Positions 24,134 through 37,419 of a stretch of 64,000 nucleotides of DNA are shown in pieces. The translations under genes and the position numbers were made by a program. The DNA comes from the human T2T-CHM13v2.0 reference genome, Homo sapiens. The stretch's first letter is position 1; each line of letters begins with the position of its first letter. The notes beneath the pieces are model-generated. The model was given only the letters and a program-made list of their open reading frames with translations. It did no database searches and was not told the origin of the DNA. The stretch lies in NCBI RefSeq assembly GCF_009914755.1, contig NC_060948.1; one strand, written 5' to 3'.

Positions 24134-26804
24134 ATGGAATCGAACCACAAGGAATGGACAGGAATAGAATGGTCTCGAATTGAATGGAATCGTATGGAAT
24201 GGCATCAAACGGAATGGAATGGACAGCCACGGAATGGAATGCACTCGAATGCAATGGAGTCGAAACTAACGGACTGGAATAGAATGGACTCGATTGGTAC
24301 GGACTCCAATGGAATGGAATCGAATGGAAGGGAATCGAACGGAAGGGAATCGAACGGAATGGACTCGAAGGGAAAAGACTGCAATGGAAAGGTCTCGAAT
24401 GGAATGGAAATTAATGGAATGGAATGGAATCGAATGAAATGGAGTCAAAAGGAATGGAATCGAATGGCAAGAAATCGAATGTAATGGAATCGCAAGGAAT
24501 TGATGTGAACGGAACGGAATGGAATGGAATCCAAAGGAATGGAATAGAATGGAATGGAATCGAATGGAAAGGACTCGAATGGAAATCACTCGAATAGAAT
24601 GCAATTTAATAAAATAGGATCAAATGTAATAGAATGGAATGGAAAGGAATCGAAACGGAAGGAATGGAGACAGATGGAATGGAATGGAACAGAGAGCAAT
24701 GGTATAGAATGGAATGGAATCATCTGGAATGGAATTGAATGGAATGGAATAATATGAAATGGAATGGAATGGAATGGAATGGAATGCCCTTGAATTAAAT
24801 GGACTGGACTCGAACAGAGTGGAATGGAAAGTGTTGAGATAGAATGGAATGGACTCCTTTGGAATGGTCTAGTATGCAATGCAATCGACTGGCAGGGAAT
24901 CAAAAGGAATGTAATCGAATGGATTGGACTGGAATGCAATGGACTCGAATAGATTGGAAACGGAATGCAAAGGAATGGAATGGAATAGTATGGAATGCAA
25001 TGGAAGGGAATGGAGTGGAATAGACTAGAGTGGAATGGAATGGACTGGAAAGCAATGGACTGGAATGGAACTTTCTTGGATGGATGGGAATCAAACGGAA
25101 TGGAATGCAATGCAATCAAATGGCATGGAATAAAATAGAATGAAAGAGAATCAAATGGAATTGAATCGAATGGAATCGAATGGATTGGAAAGGAATAGAA
25201 TGGAATGGAATGGAATTGACTCAAATGGAATGGACTAGAATGGAATGGATTCGAATGGAATGGAATGTCATGGAATGGCATCAAATGGAATGGCATCAAA
25301 TGGAATGGAATCGAATGCAATGGAATGCTATGGAATGGAATGGAATGCATTGGAATGGAATGTCCTCTAATGGAATGGATTCGAGTGGAATGGAATTGAA
25401 TATAATGGAGTCGAATGAAATGGAATTGAAAGGAATGGGATCGAATACAATGGAATATACTGGAATGTAACGTAATGAACTCGAATGTAATTGACTGGAA
25501 TGGAATGTACATGAATGGAATGTAATCGAATGGAAAGTAATCCAATGGAATAGAATCTAATGCAATAAAATCGACTCAGATAGAGTAGAATGTAATGGAA
25601 TGGAGTGCAGTGCAATGGAATGGAATGGAATGGAATGCAATGGAATGGAATGGAATGGAATGGAATGGAATGGAATGGAATGGAATGGGATGGAATGGTA
25701 TGGAATGGATAGTAATGGACTGGAGTGAAATGGACTGGAAAGGAATGGACTCAAATTGAAAGGGCTCGAAAGGAATGGAGTCAAATGGAATGGTCTGGAA
25801 TGGAATGAACACGAATGTAATGCAATCCAATAGAATGGAATCGAATGGCATGGAATATAAAGAAATGGAATCGAAGAGAATGGAAACAAATGGAATGGAA
25901 TTGAATGGAATGGAATTGAATGGAATGTGAACGAATGGAGTGAAATTGTATGCAGTAGAAGAGAATAGAATGGAATGCAAGCGAAAGGAAAGGAATGGAT
26001 TGGAATGGAATGGAATTCATTGGAATGGAAGGGAATGTAGTGTAATGGACAGGCCTGGAATAAAGTGGAATGCTACGGTCTCGAATGGAATAAAAATGTA
26101 TGGAATGGAATGCAATGAAACGGAATCGAATGTCATAGAATGTAATGGAATGCAAAAAAATGGAATCCAAAATCATTGACTGGAAAGGCTGGGTGTCGAA
26201 AGGAATTGACTCCAATGGAATGGAATCGAATGGAATGGAAGTGAATAGAATCGAACTAAATCGAATGGAATGGAATTGATAGGAACGGAATGGAAAGGAA
26301 TGCAATGATTTGGCATGGAATGGAATCGAATGGCATCGAATGGAATGGAATGGAATGCAATGGAATGGAATGTATTAGAATGTAATGAACTTTAATGGAA
26401 TGTACTCGAATGGATTCGACTGGAATGGAATGTTCTGGAAGTGAATGGACTCCAATGGAATGGATTCAAAAGGAATGGAATCGTACGGAATGGAATCTAA
26501 TGGAATGGAATTAAATGGAAATGAATCAAATTGAATAGCACGGAATTGAATTGAATGGAATGGAATGCAATGGAATCTAATGAAACGGAAAGGAAAGGAA
26601 TGGAATGGAATGGAATGGACTGGAATGGAAAGGAATCGAAACGAATGGAATGGAATCGAACTGAAGAGACTGGAATGGAATGCACTGGAATGGAAGGGAG
26701 TGTAATGGAAGGTTGTCGAAAAAAATGGAATCGAATGGAATGGAATTGAATGGAACGGAATAGAGTCGAATGGAATTGAATGGAATGGAATGGACTAGAG
26801 TGAA
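24134..26804. repeat. DYZ1 monomer U8, short form, 2671 bp
   Basis: Same deletion junction at 25251-25260. Confidence 0.92.
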
Positions 26805-29800
26805 ATGGAATCGAACCACAAGGAATGGACAGGAATAGAATGGTCTCGAATTGAATGGAATCGTATGGAATGGCATCAAACGGAATGGAATGGACAGCCA
26901 CGGAATGGAATGCACTCGAATGCAATGGAGTCGAAACTAATGGACTGGAATAGAATGGACTCGACTGGTACGGACTCCAATGGAATGGAATCGAATGGAA
27001 GGGAATCGAACGGAAGGGAATCGAACGGAATGGACTCGAAGGGAAAAGACTGCAATAGAAAGGTCTCGAATGGAATGGAAATTAATGGAATGGAATGGAA
27101 TCGAATGAAATGGAGTCAAAAGGAATGGAATCGAATGGCAAGAAATGGAATGTAATGGAATCGCCAGGAATTGATGTGAACGGAGCGGAATGGAATGGAA
27201 TCCAAAGGAATGGAATAGAATGGAATGGAATCGAATGGAAAGGACTCGAATGGAAATCACTCGAATAGAATGCAATTTAATAAAATAGGATCAAATGTAA
27301 TGGAATGGAATGGAAAGGAATCGAAACGAAAGGAATGGAGACAGATGGAATGGAATGGAACAGAGAGCAATGGTATAGAATGGAATGGAATCATCTGGAA
27401 TGGAATTGAATGGAATGGAATGGAATGCCCTTGAATTAAATGGACTGGAATGGAATGGACTCAAACAGAGTGGAATGGAAAGTGTTGAGATAGAATGGAA
27501 TGAACTCCTTTGGAATGGTCTAGTAGGCAATGCAATCGACTGGCAGGGAATCAAAAGGAATGTAATCGAATGGATTGGACTGGAATGCAATGGACTCGAA
27601 TAGATTGGAAACGGAATGCAAAGGAATGGAATGGAATAGTATGGAATGGAATGGAAAGGAATGGAGTGGAATAGACTAGAGTGGAATGGAATGGACTGGA
27701 AAGCAATGGACTGGAATGGAACTTTCTTGAATGGACTGGAATCAAACGGAATGGAATGCAATGCAATCAAATGGCATGGAATAAAATAGAATGAAAGAGA
27801 ATCAAATGGAATTGAATCGAATGGAATCGAATGGATTGGAAAGGAATAGAACGGAATGGAATGGAATTGACTCAAATGGAATGGACTAGAATGGAATGGA
27901 TTCGAATGGAAGACAAAGGAATGGAATCTATTGGAATGGACTGTAATGGAATGGAATGGAAGGGATTGGAATGGACTCGAATGGAATGGACTGCAATAGA
28001 AAGGATTCGAATGGAATGAAAAAGAATTGAATGGAATAGAACAGAATGGAATCAAATCGAATGAAATGGAATGGAATAGAAAGGAATGGAATGAAATGGA
28101 ATGAAAAGGATTCGAATGGAATGCAATCGAATGGAATGGAATCGAACGGAATGGAATAAAATGGAAGAAAACTGGCAATAAATGGAATCGAAATGAATGG
28201 AGTGTTATGGAACGGACTCAAAAGGAATTGAATGTAATAGAATGGAGTGGAGTGGACTCGAATATAATGGACTGGAATGGAATGAAATCACATGGAATGG
28301 GAACGAATGGAATGGAATGGAAAGGAATGGAATCGAATGGAAAGGAATCGAATGGAGGGAATGAAATTGAATCAACAGGAATGGAAGGGAATAGAATAGA
28401 CGGTAATGGAATGGACTCGAATAGAATGGACACGAATGCTCAAATTGAATGGACTCGAATGGAATGGAAACGAAAGGAATGTCATCGAATGGAATTGAAT
28501 CGATTGGAATGAAATCGCATAGAATGGAGTGGAATCAAATGGAATTGAATCGAAAGGAAAGGAAGCGAATGGACTGAAATGAAATGGAATGGAATTGAAT
28601 GGAAAGTAATGCAATGGAATAGAATGGAACGAAATTTCACGGAATGGAATCAAACTGAATGGAATCAAATCAATGGAATCAAATCAAATGGAATGGAAAG
28701 GAATTGAATGGAGTAGATTGGATTGGATGGGATTGGAATGAAATGTACTGGAAAGGACTCGAATTTCATGAAACGGAATGGAATGAATTGGAACGGAATG
28801 GACTCGAATGGAATGGAATGTCATGGGATGGCATCAAATGGAATGGCATCAAATGGAATGGAATCGAATGCAATGGAATGCTATGGAATGGAATGGAATG
28901 CATTGGAATGGAATGTCCTCTAATGGAATGGATTCGAGTGGAATGGAATTGAATATAATGGAGTCGAATGAAATGGAATTGAAAAGAATGGGATCGAATA
29001 CAATGGAATATACTGGAATGTAACGTAATGAACTCGAATGTAATTGACTGGAATGGAATGTACATGAATGGAATGTAATCGAATGGAAAGTAATCCAATG
29101 GAATAGAATCTAATGCAATAAAATCGACTCAGATAGAGTAGAATGTAATGGAATGGAGTGTTGTGCAATGGAATGGAATGGAATGGAATGCAATGGAATG
29201 GAATGGAATGGAATGGGATGGAATGGTATGGAATGGATAGTAATGGACTGGAGTGAAATGGACTGGAAAGGAATGGACTCAAATTGAAAGGGCACGAAAG
29301 GAATGGAGTCAAATGGAATGGTCTGGAATGGAATGAACACGAATGTAATGCAACCCAATAGAATGGAATCGAATGGCATGGAATATAAAGAAATGGAATC
29401 GAAGAGAATGGAAACAAATGGAATGGAATTGAATGGAATGTGAACGAATGGAGTGAAATTGTATGCAGTAGAAGAGAATAGAATGGAATGCAAGCGAAAG
29501 GAAAGGAATGGATTGGAATGGAATGGAATTCATTGGAATGGAAGGGAATGTAGTGTAATGGACAGGCCTGGAATAAAGTGGAATGCTACGGTCTCGAATG
29601 GAATAAAAATGTATGGAATGGAATGCAATGAAACGGAATCGAATGTCATAGAATGTAATGGAATGCAACAAAATGGAATCCAAAATCATTGACTGGAAAG
29701 GCTGGGTGTCGAAAGGAATTGACTCCAATGGAATGGAATCGAATGGAATGGAAGTGAATAGAATCGAACTAAATCGAATGGAATGGAATTGATAGGAACG

Positions 29801-30317
29801 GAATGGAAAAGAATGCAATGATTTGGCATGGAATGGAATCGAATGGCATCGAATGGAATGGAATGGAATGCAATGGAATGGAATGTATTAGAATGGAATG
29901 AACTTTAATGGAATGTACTCGAATGGATTCGACTGGAATGGAATGTTCTGGAAGTGAATGGACTCCAATGGAATGGATTCAAAAGGAATGGAATCGTACG
30001 GAATGGAATCTAATGGAATGGAATTAAATGGAAATGAATCAAATTGAATAGCACGGAATTGAATTGAATGGAATGGAATGCAATGGAATCTAATGAAACG
30101 GAAAGGAAAGGAATGGAATGGAATGGAATGGGCTGGAATGGAAAGGAATCGAAACGAATGGAATGGAATCGAACTGAAGAGACTGGAATGGAATGCACTG
30201 GAATGGAAGGGAGTGTAATGGAAGGTTCTCGAAAAAAATGGAATCGAATGGAATGGAATTGAATGGAACGGAATAGAGTCGAATGGAATTGAATGGAATG
30301 GAATGGACTAGAGTGAA
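26805..30317. repeat. DYZ1 monomer U9, partner type, 3513 bp
   Basis: First half as U7; second half has pure tract of 4 and GGGCACGAAA like U1/U3. Confidence 0.9.
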
Positions 30318-33300
30318 ATGGAATCGAACCACAAGGAATGGAGAGGAATAGAATGGTCTCGAATTGAATGGAATCGTATGGAATGGCATCAAACGGAATG
30401 GAATGGACAGCCACGGAATGGAATGCACTCGAATGCAATGGAGTCGAAACTAATGGACTGGAATAGAATGGACTCGACTGGTACGGACTCCAATGGAATG
30501 GAATCGAATGGAAGGGAATCGAACGGAATGGACTCGAAGGGAAAAGACTGCAATGGAAAGGTCTCGAATGGAATGGAAATTAATGGGATGGAATGGAATC
30601 GAATGAAATGGAGTCAAAAGGAATGGAATCGAATGGCAAGAAATCGAATGTAATGGAATCGCAAGGAATTGATGTGAACGGAACGGAATGGAATGGAATC
30701 CAAAGGAATGGAATAGAATGGAATGGAATCGAATGGAAAGGACTCGAATGGAAATCACTCGAATAGAATGCAATTTAATAAAATAGGATCAAATGTAATA
30801 GAATGGAATGGAAAGGAATCGAAACGGAAGGAATGGAGACAGATGGAATGGAATGGAACAGAGAGCAATGGTATAGAATGGAATGGAATCATCTGGAATG
30901 GAATTGAATGGAATGGAATAATATGAAATGGAATGGAATGGAATGGAATGGAATGCGCTTGAATTAAATGGACTGGAATGGAATGGACTCGAACAGAGTG
31001 GAATGGAAAGTGTTGACATAGAATGGAATGGACTCCTTTGGAATGGTGTACTATGCAATGCAATCGACTGGCAGGGAATCAAAAGGAATGTAATCGAATG
31101 GATTGGACTGGAATGCAATGGACTCGAATAGATTGCAAACGGAATGCAAAGGAATGGAATGGAATAGTATGGAATGGAATGGAAAGGAATGGAGTGGAAT
31201 AGACTAGAGTGGAATGGAATGGACTGGAAAGCAATGGACTGGAATGGAACTTTCTTGAATGGACTGGAATCAAACGGAATGGAATGCAATGCAATCAAAA
31301 GGCATGGAATAAAATAGAATGAAAGAGAATCAAATGGAATTGAATCGAATGGAATCGAATGGATTGGAAAGGAATAGAATGGAATGGAATGGAATGGACT
31401 AGAATGGAATGGATTCGAATGGAAGGCAAAGGAATGGAATCTATTGGAATGGACTGTAATGGAATGGAATGGAAGGGATTGGAATGGACTCGAATGGAAT
31501 TGACTGCAATAGAAAGGATTCGAATGGAATGAAAAAGAATTGAATGGAATAGAACAGAATGGAATCAAATCGAATGAAATGGAATGGAATAGAAAGGAAT
31601 GGAATGAAATGGAATGGAAAGGATTCGAATGGAATGCAATCGAATGGAATGGAATCGAACGGAATGGAATAAAATGGAAGAAAACTGGCAAGAAAGGGAA
31701 TCGATATGAATGGAGTGTTATGGAACGGACTCAAAAGGAATTGAATGTAATAGAATGGAGTGGAGTGGACTCGAATATAATGGACTGGAATGGAATGAAA
31801 TCACATGGAATGGGAACGAATGGAATGGAATGGAAAGGAATGGAATCGAATGGAAAGGAATCGAATGGAAGGGAATGAAATTGAATCAACAGGAATGGAA
31901 GGGAATAGAATAGACGGTAATGGAATGGACTCGAATAGAATGGACACGAATGCTGAAATTGAATGGACTCGAATGGAATGGAAACGAAAGGAATGTCATC
32001 GAATGGAATTGAATCGATTGGAATGAAATCGCATAGAATGGAGTGGAATCAAATGGAATTGAATCGAAAGGAAAGGAAGCGAATGGACTGAAATGAAATG
32101 GAATGGAATTGAATGAAAAGTAATGCAATGGAATAGAATGGAACGAAATTTCACGGAATGGAATCAAACTGAATGGAATCAAATCAATGGAATCAAATCA
32201 AATGGAATGGAGTAGATTGGATTGGATGGGATTGGAATGAAATGTACTGGAAAGGACTCGAATTTCATGAAACGGAATGGAATGAATTGGAACGGAATGG
32301 ACTCGAATGGAATGGAATGTCATAGAATGGCATCAAATGGAATGGCATCAAATGGAATGGAATCGAATGCAATGGAATGCTATGGAATGGAATGGAATGC
32401 ATTGGAATGGAATGTCCTCTAATGGAATGGATTCGAGTGGAATGGAATCGAATATAATGGAGTCGAATGAAATGGAATTGAAAGGAATGGGATCGAATAC
32501 AATGGAATATACTGGAATGTAATGTAATGAACTGGAATGTAATTGACTGGAATGGAATGTACATGAATGGAATGTAATCGAATGGAAAGTAATCCAATGG
32601 AATAGAATCTAATGCAATAAAATCGACTCAGATAGAGTAGAATGTAATGGAATGGAGTGCAGTGCAATGGAATGGAATGGAATGGAATGCAATGGAATGG
32701 AATGGAATGGAATGGAATGGAATGGAATGGAATGGAATGGGATGGAATGGTATGGAATGGATAGTAATGGACTGGAGTGAAATGGACTGGAAAGGAATGG
32801 ACTCAAATTGAAAGGGCTCGAAAGGAATGGAGTCAAATGGAATGGTCTGGAATGGAATGAACACGAATGTAATGCAATCCAATAGAATGGAATCGAATGG
32901 CATGGAATATAAAGAAATGGAATCGAAGAGAATGGAAACAAATGGAATGGAATTGAATGGAATGGAATTGAATGGAATGGGAACGAATGGAGTGAAATTG
33001 TATGCAGTAGAAGGGAATAGAATGGAATGCAAGCGAAAGGAAAGGAATGGATTGGAATGGAATGGAATTCATTGGAATGGAAGGGAATGTAGTGTAATGG
33101 ACAGGCCTGGAATAAAGTGGAATGCTACGGTCTCGAATGGAATAAAAATGTATGGAATGGAATGCAATGAAACGGAATCGAATGTCATAGAATGTAATGG
33201 AATGCAAAAAAATGGAATCCAAAATCATTGACTGGAAAGGCTGGGTGTCGAAAGGAATTGACTGCAATGGAATGGAATCAAATGGAATGGAAGTGAATAA

Positions 33301-33855
33301 AATCGAACTAAATCGAATGGAATGGAATTGATAGGAACGGAATGGAAAGGAATGCAATGATTTGGCATGGAATGGAATCGAATGGCATCGAATGGAATGG
33401 AATGGAATGCAATGGAATGGAATGTATTAGAATGTAATGAACATTAGTGGAATGTACTCGAAAGGATTCGACTGGAATGGAATGTTCTGGAAGTGAATGG
33501 ACTCCAATAGAATGGATTCGAAAGGAATGGAATCGAACGGAATGGATTCTAATGGAATGGAATTAAATGGAAATGAATCAAATTGAATAGCACGGAATTG
33601 AATTGAATGGAATCGAATGCAATGGAATCTAATGAAACGGAAAGGAAAGAATGGAATGGAATAGAATGGGCTGGAATGGAAAGGAATCGAAACGAATGGA
33701 ATGGAAGCGAACTGAAGAGACTGGAATGGAATGCACTGGAATGGAAGGGAGTGTAATGGAAGGTTCTCGAAAAAAATGGAATCGAATGGAATGGAATTGA
33801 ATGGAACAGAATAGAGTCGAATGGAATTGAATGGAATGGAATGGACTAGAGTGAA
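30318..33855. repeat. DYZ1 monomer U10, 3538 bp
   Basis: Anchor spacing; three 15-bp deletions (~30515, ~31390, ~32205); diverged tail. Confidence 0.88.
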
Positions 33856-36800
33856 ATGGAATCGAACCACAAGGAATGGACTGGAATAGAATGGTCTCGA
33901 ATTGAATGGAATCGTACGGAATGGCATCAAACGGAATGGAATGGACAGCCACGGAATGGAATGCACTCGAATGCAATGGAGTCGAAACTAATGGACTGGA
34001 ATAGAATGGACTCGACTGGTACGGACTCCAATGGAATGGAATCGAATGGAAGGGAATCGAACGGAATGGACTCGAAGGGAAAAGACTGTAATGGAAAGGT
34101 CTCGAATGGAATGGAAATTAATGGGATGGAATGGAATCGAATGAAATGGAGTCAGAAGGAATGGAATCGAATGGCAAGAAATCGAATGTAATGGAATCGC
34201 AAGGAATTGATGTGAACGGAACGGAATGGAATGGAATCCAAAGGAATGGAATAGAATGGAATGGAATCGAATGGAAAGGACTCGAATGGAAATCACTCGA
34301 ATAGAATGCAATTTAATAAAATAGGATCAAATGTAATATAATGGAATGGAAAGGAATCGAAACGGAAGGAATGGAGACAGGTGGAATGGAATGGAACAGA
34401 GAGCAATGGTATAGAATGGAATGGAATCATCTGGAATGGAATTGAATGGAATGGAATAATATGAAATGGAATGGAATGGAATGGAATGGAATGCCCTTGA
34501 ATTAAATGGACTGGACTCGAACAGAGTGGAATGGAAAGTGTTGAGATAGAATGGAATGGACTCCTTTGGAATGGTGTAGTATGCAATGCAATCGACTGGC
34601 AGGGAATCAAAAGGAATGTAATCGAATGGATTGGACTGGAATGCAATGGACTCGAATAGATTGGAAACGGAATGCAAAGGAATGGAATGGAATAGTATGG
34701 AATGCAATGGAAGGGAATGGAGTGGAATAGACTAGAGTGGAATGGAATGGACTGGAAAGCAATGGACTGGAATGGAACTTTCTTGGATGGATTGGAATCA
34801 AACGGAATGGAATGCAATGCAATCAAATGGCATGGAATAAAATAGAATGAAAGAGAATCAAATGGAATTGAATCGAATGGAATCGAATGGATTGGAAAGG
34901 AATAGAATGGAATGGAATGGAATTGACTCAAATGGAATGGACTAGAATGGAATGGATTCGAATGGAAGGCAAAGGAATGGAATCTATTGGAATGGACTGT
35001 AATGGAATGGAATGGAAGGGATTGGAATGGACTCGAATGGAATGGACTGCAATAGAAAGGATTCGAATGGAATGAAAAAGAATTGAATGGAATAGAACAG
35101 AATGGAATCAAATCGAATGAAATGGAATGGAATAGAAAGGAATGGAATGAAATGGAATGGAAAGGATTCGAATGGAATGCAATCGAATGGAATGGAATCG
35201 AACGGAATGGAATAAAATGGAAGAAAACTGGCAAGAAATGGAATCGAAATGAATGGAGTGTTATGGAACGGACTCAAAAGGAATTGAATGTAATAGAATG
35301 GAGTGGAGTGGACTCGAATATAATGGACTGGAATGGAATGAAATCACATGGAATGGGAACGAATGGAATGGAATGGAAAGGAATGGAATCGAATGGAAAG
35401 GAATCGAATGGAAGGGAATGAAATTGAATCAACACGAATGGAAGGGAATAGAATAGACTGTAATGGAATGGACTCGAATAGAATGGACACGAATGCTCAA
35501 ATTAAATGGACTCGAATGGAATGGAAACGAAAGGAATGTCATCGAATGGAATTGAATCGATTGGAATGAAATCGCATAGAATGGAGTGGAATCAAATGGA
35601 ATTGAATCGAAAGGAAAGGAAGCGAATGGACTGAAATGAAATGGAACGGAATTGAATGGAAAGTAATGCAATGGAATAGAATGGAACGAAATTTCACGGA
35701 ATGGAATCAAACTGAATGGAATCAAATCAATGGAATCAAATCAAATGGAATGGAAAGGAATTGAATGGAGTAGATGGGATTGGATGGGATTGGAATGAAA
35801 TGTACTGGAAAGGACTCGAATTTCATGAAACGGAATGGAATGAATTGGAACGGAATGGACTCGAATGGAATGGAATGTCATGGGATGGCATCAAATGGAA
35901 TGGCATCAAATGGAATGGAATCGAATGCAATGGAATGCTATGGAATGGAATGGAATGCATTGGAATGGAATGTCCTCTAATGGAATGGATTCGAGTGGAA
36001 TGGAATGGAATATAATGGAGTCGAATGAAATGGAATTGAAAGGAATGGGATCGAATACAATGGAATATACTGGAATGTAACGTAATGAACGCGAATGTAA
36101 TTGACTGGAATGGAATGTACATGAATGGAATGTAATCGAATGGAAAGTAATCCAATGGAATAGAATCTAATGCAATAAAATCGACTCAGATAGAGTAGAA
36201 TGTAATGGAATGGAGTGCAGTGCAATGGAATGGAATGGAATGGAATGCAATGGAATGGAATGGAATGGAATGCAATGGAATGGAATGGAATGGAATGGAA
36301 TGGGATGGAATGGTATGGAATGGATAGTAATGGACTGGAGTGAAATGGACTGGAAAGGAATGGACTCAAATTGAAAGGGCTCGAAAGGAATGGAGTCAAA
36401 TGGAATGGTCTGGAATGGAATGAACACGAATGTAATGCAACCCAATAGAATGGAATCGAATGGCATGGAATATAAAGAAATGGAATCGAAGAGAATGGAA
36501 ACAAATGGAATGGAATTGAATGGAATGGAATTGAATGGAATGGGAACGAATGGAGTGAAATTGTATGCAGTAGAAGAGAATAGAATGGAATGCAAGCGAA
36601 AGGAAAGGAATGGATTGGAATGGAATGGAATTCATTGGAATGGAAGGGAATGTAGTGTAATGGACAGGCCTGGAATAAAGTGGAATGCTACGGTCTCGAA
36701 TGGAATAAAAATGTATGGAATGGAATGCAATGAAACGGAATCGAATGTCATAGAATGTAATGGAATGCAAAAAAATGGAATCCAAAATCATTGACTGGAA

Positions 36801-37419
36801 AGGCTGGGTGTCGAAAGGAATTGACTCCAATGGAATGGAATCGAATGGAATGGAAGTGAATAGAATCGAACTAAATCGAATGGAATGGAATTGATAGGAA
36901 CGGAATGGAAAGGAATGCAATGATTTGGCATGGAATGGAATCGAATGGCATCGAATGGAATGGAATGGATTGCAATGGAATGGAATGTATTAGAATGTAA
37001 TGAACTTTAATGGAATGTACTCGAATGGATTCGACTGGAATGGAATGTTCTGGAAGTGAATGGACTCCAATGGAATGGATTCAAAAGGAATGGAATCGTA
37101 CGGAATGGAATCTAATGGAATGGAATTAAATGGAAATGAATCAAATTGAATAGCACGGAATTGAATTGAATGGAATGGAATGCAATGGAATCTAATGAAA
37201 CGGAAAGGAAAGGAATGGAATGGAATGGAATGGGCTGGAATGGAAAGGAATCGAAACGAATGGAATGGAATCGAAGTGAAGAGACTGGAATGGAATGCAC
37301 TGGAATGGAAGGGAGTGTAATGGAAGGTTCTCGAAAAAAATGGAATCGAATGGAATGGAATTGAATGGAACGGAATAGAGTCGAATGGAATTGAATGGAA
37401 TGGAATGGACTAGAGTGAA
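33856..37419. repeat. DYZ1 monomer U11, 3564 bp
   Basis: Anchor spacing; interrupted tract (TGGAA)4 TGCAA (TGGAA)5 at ~36251-36300. Confidence 0.9.
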
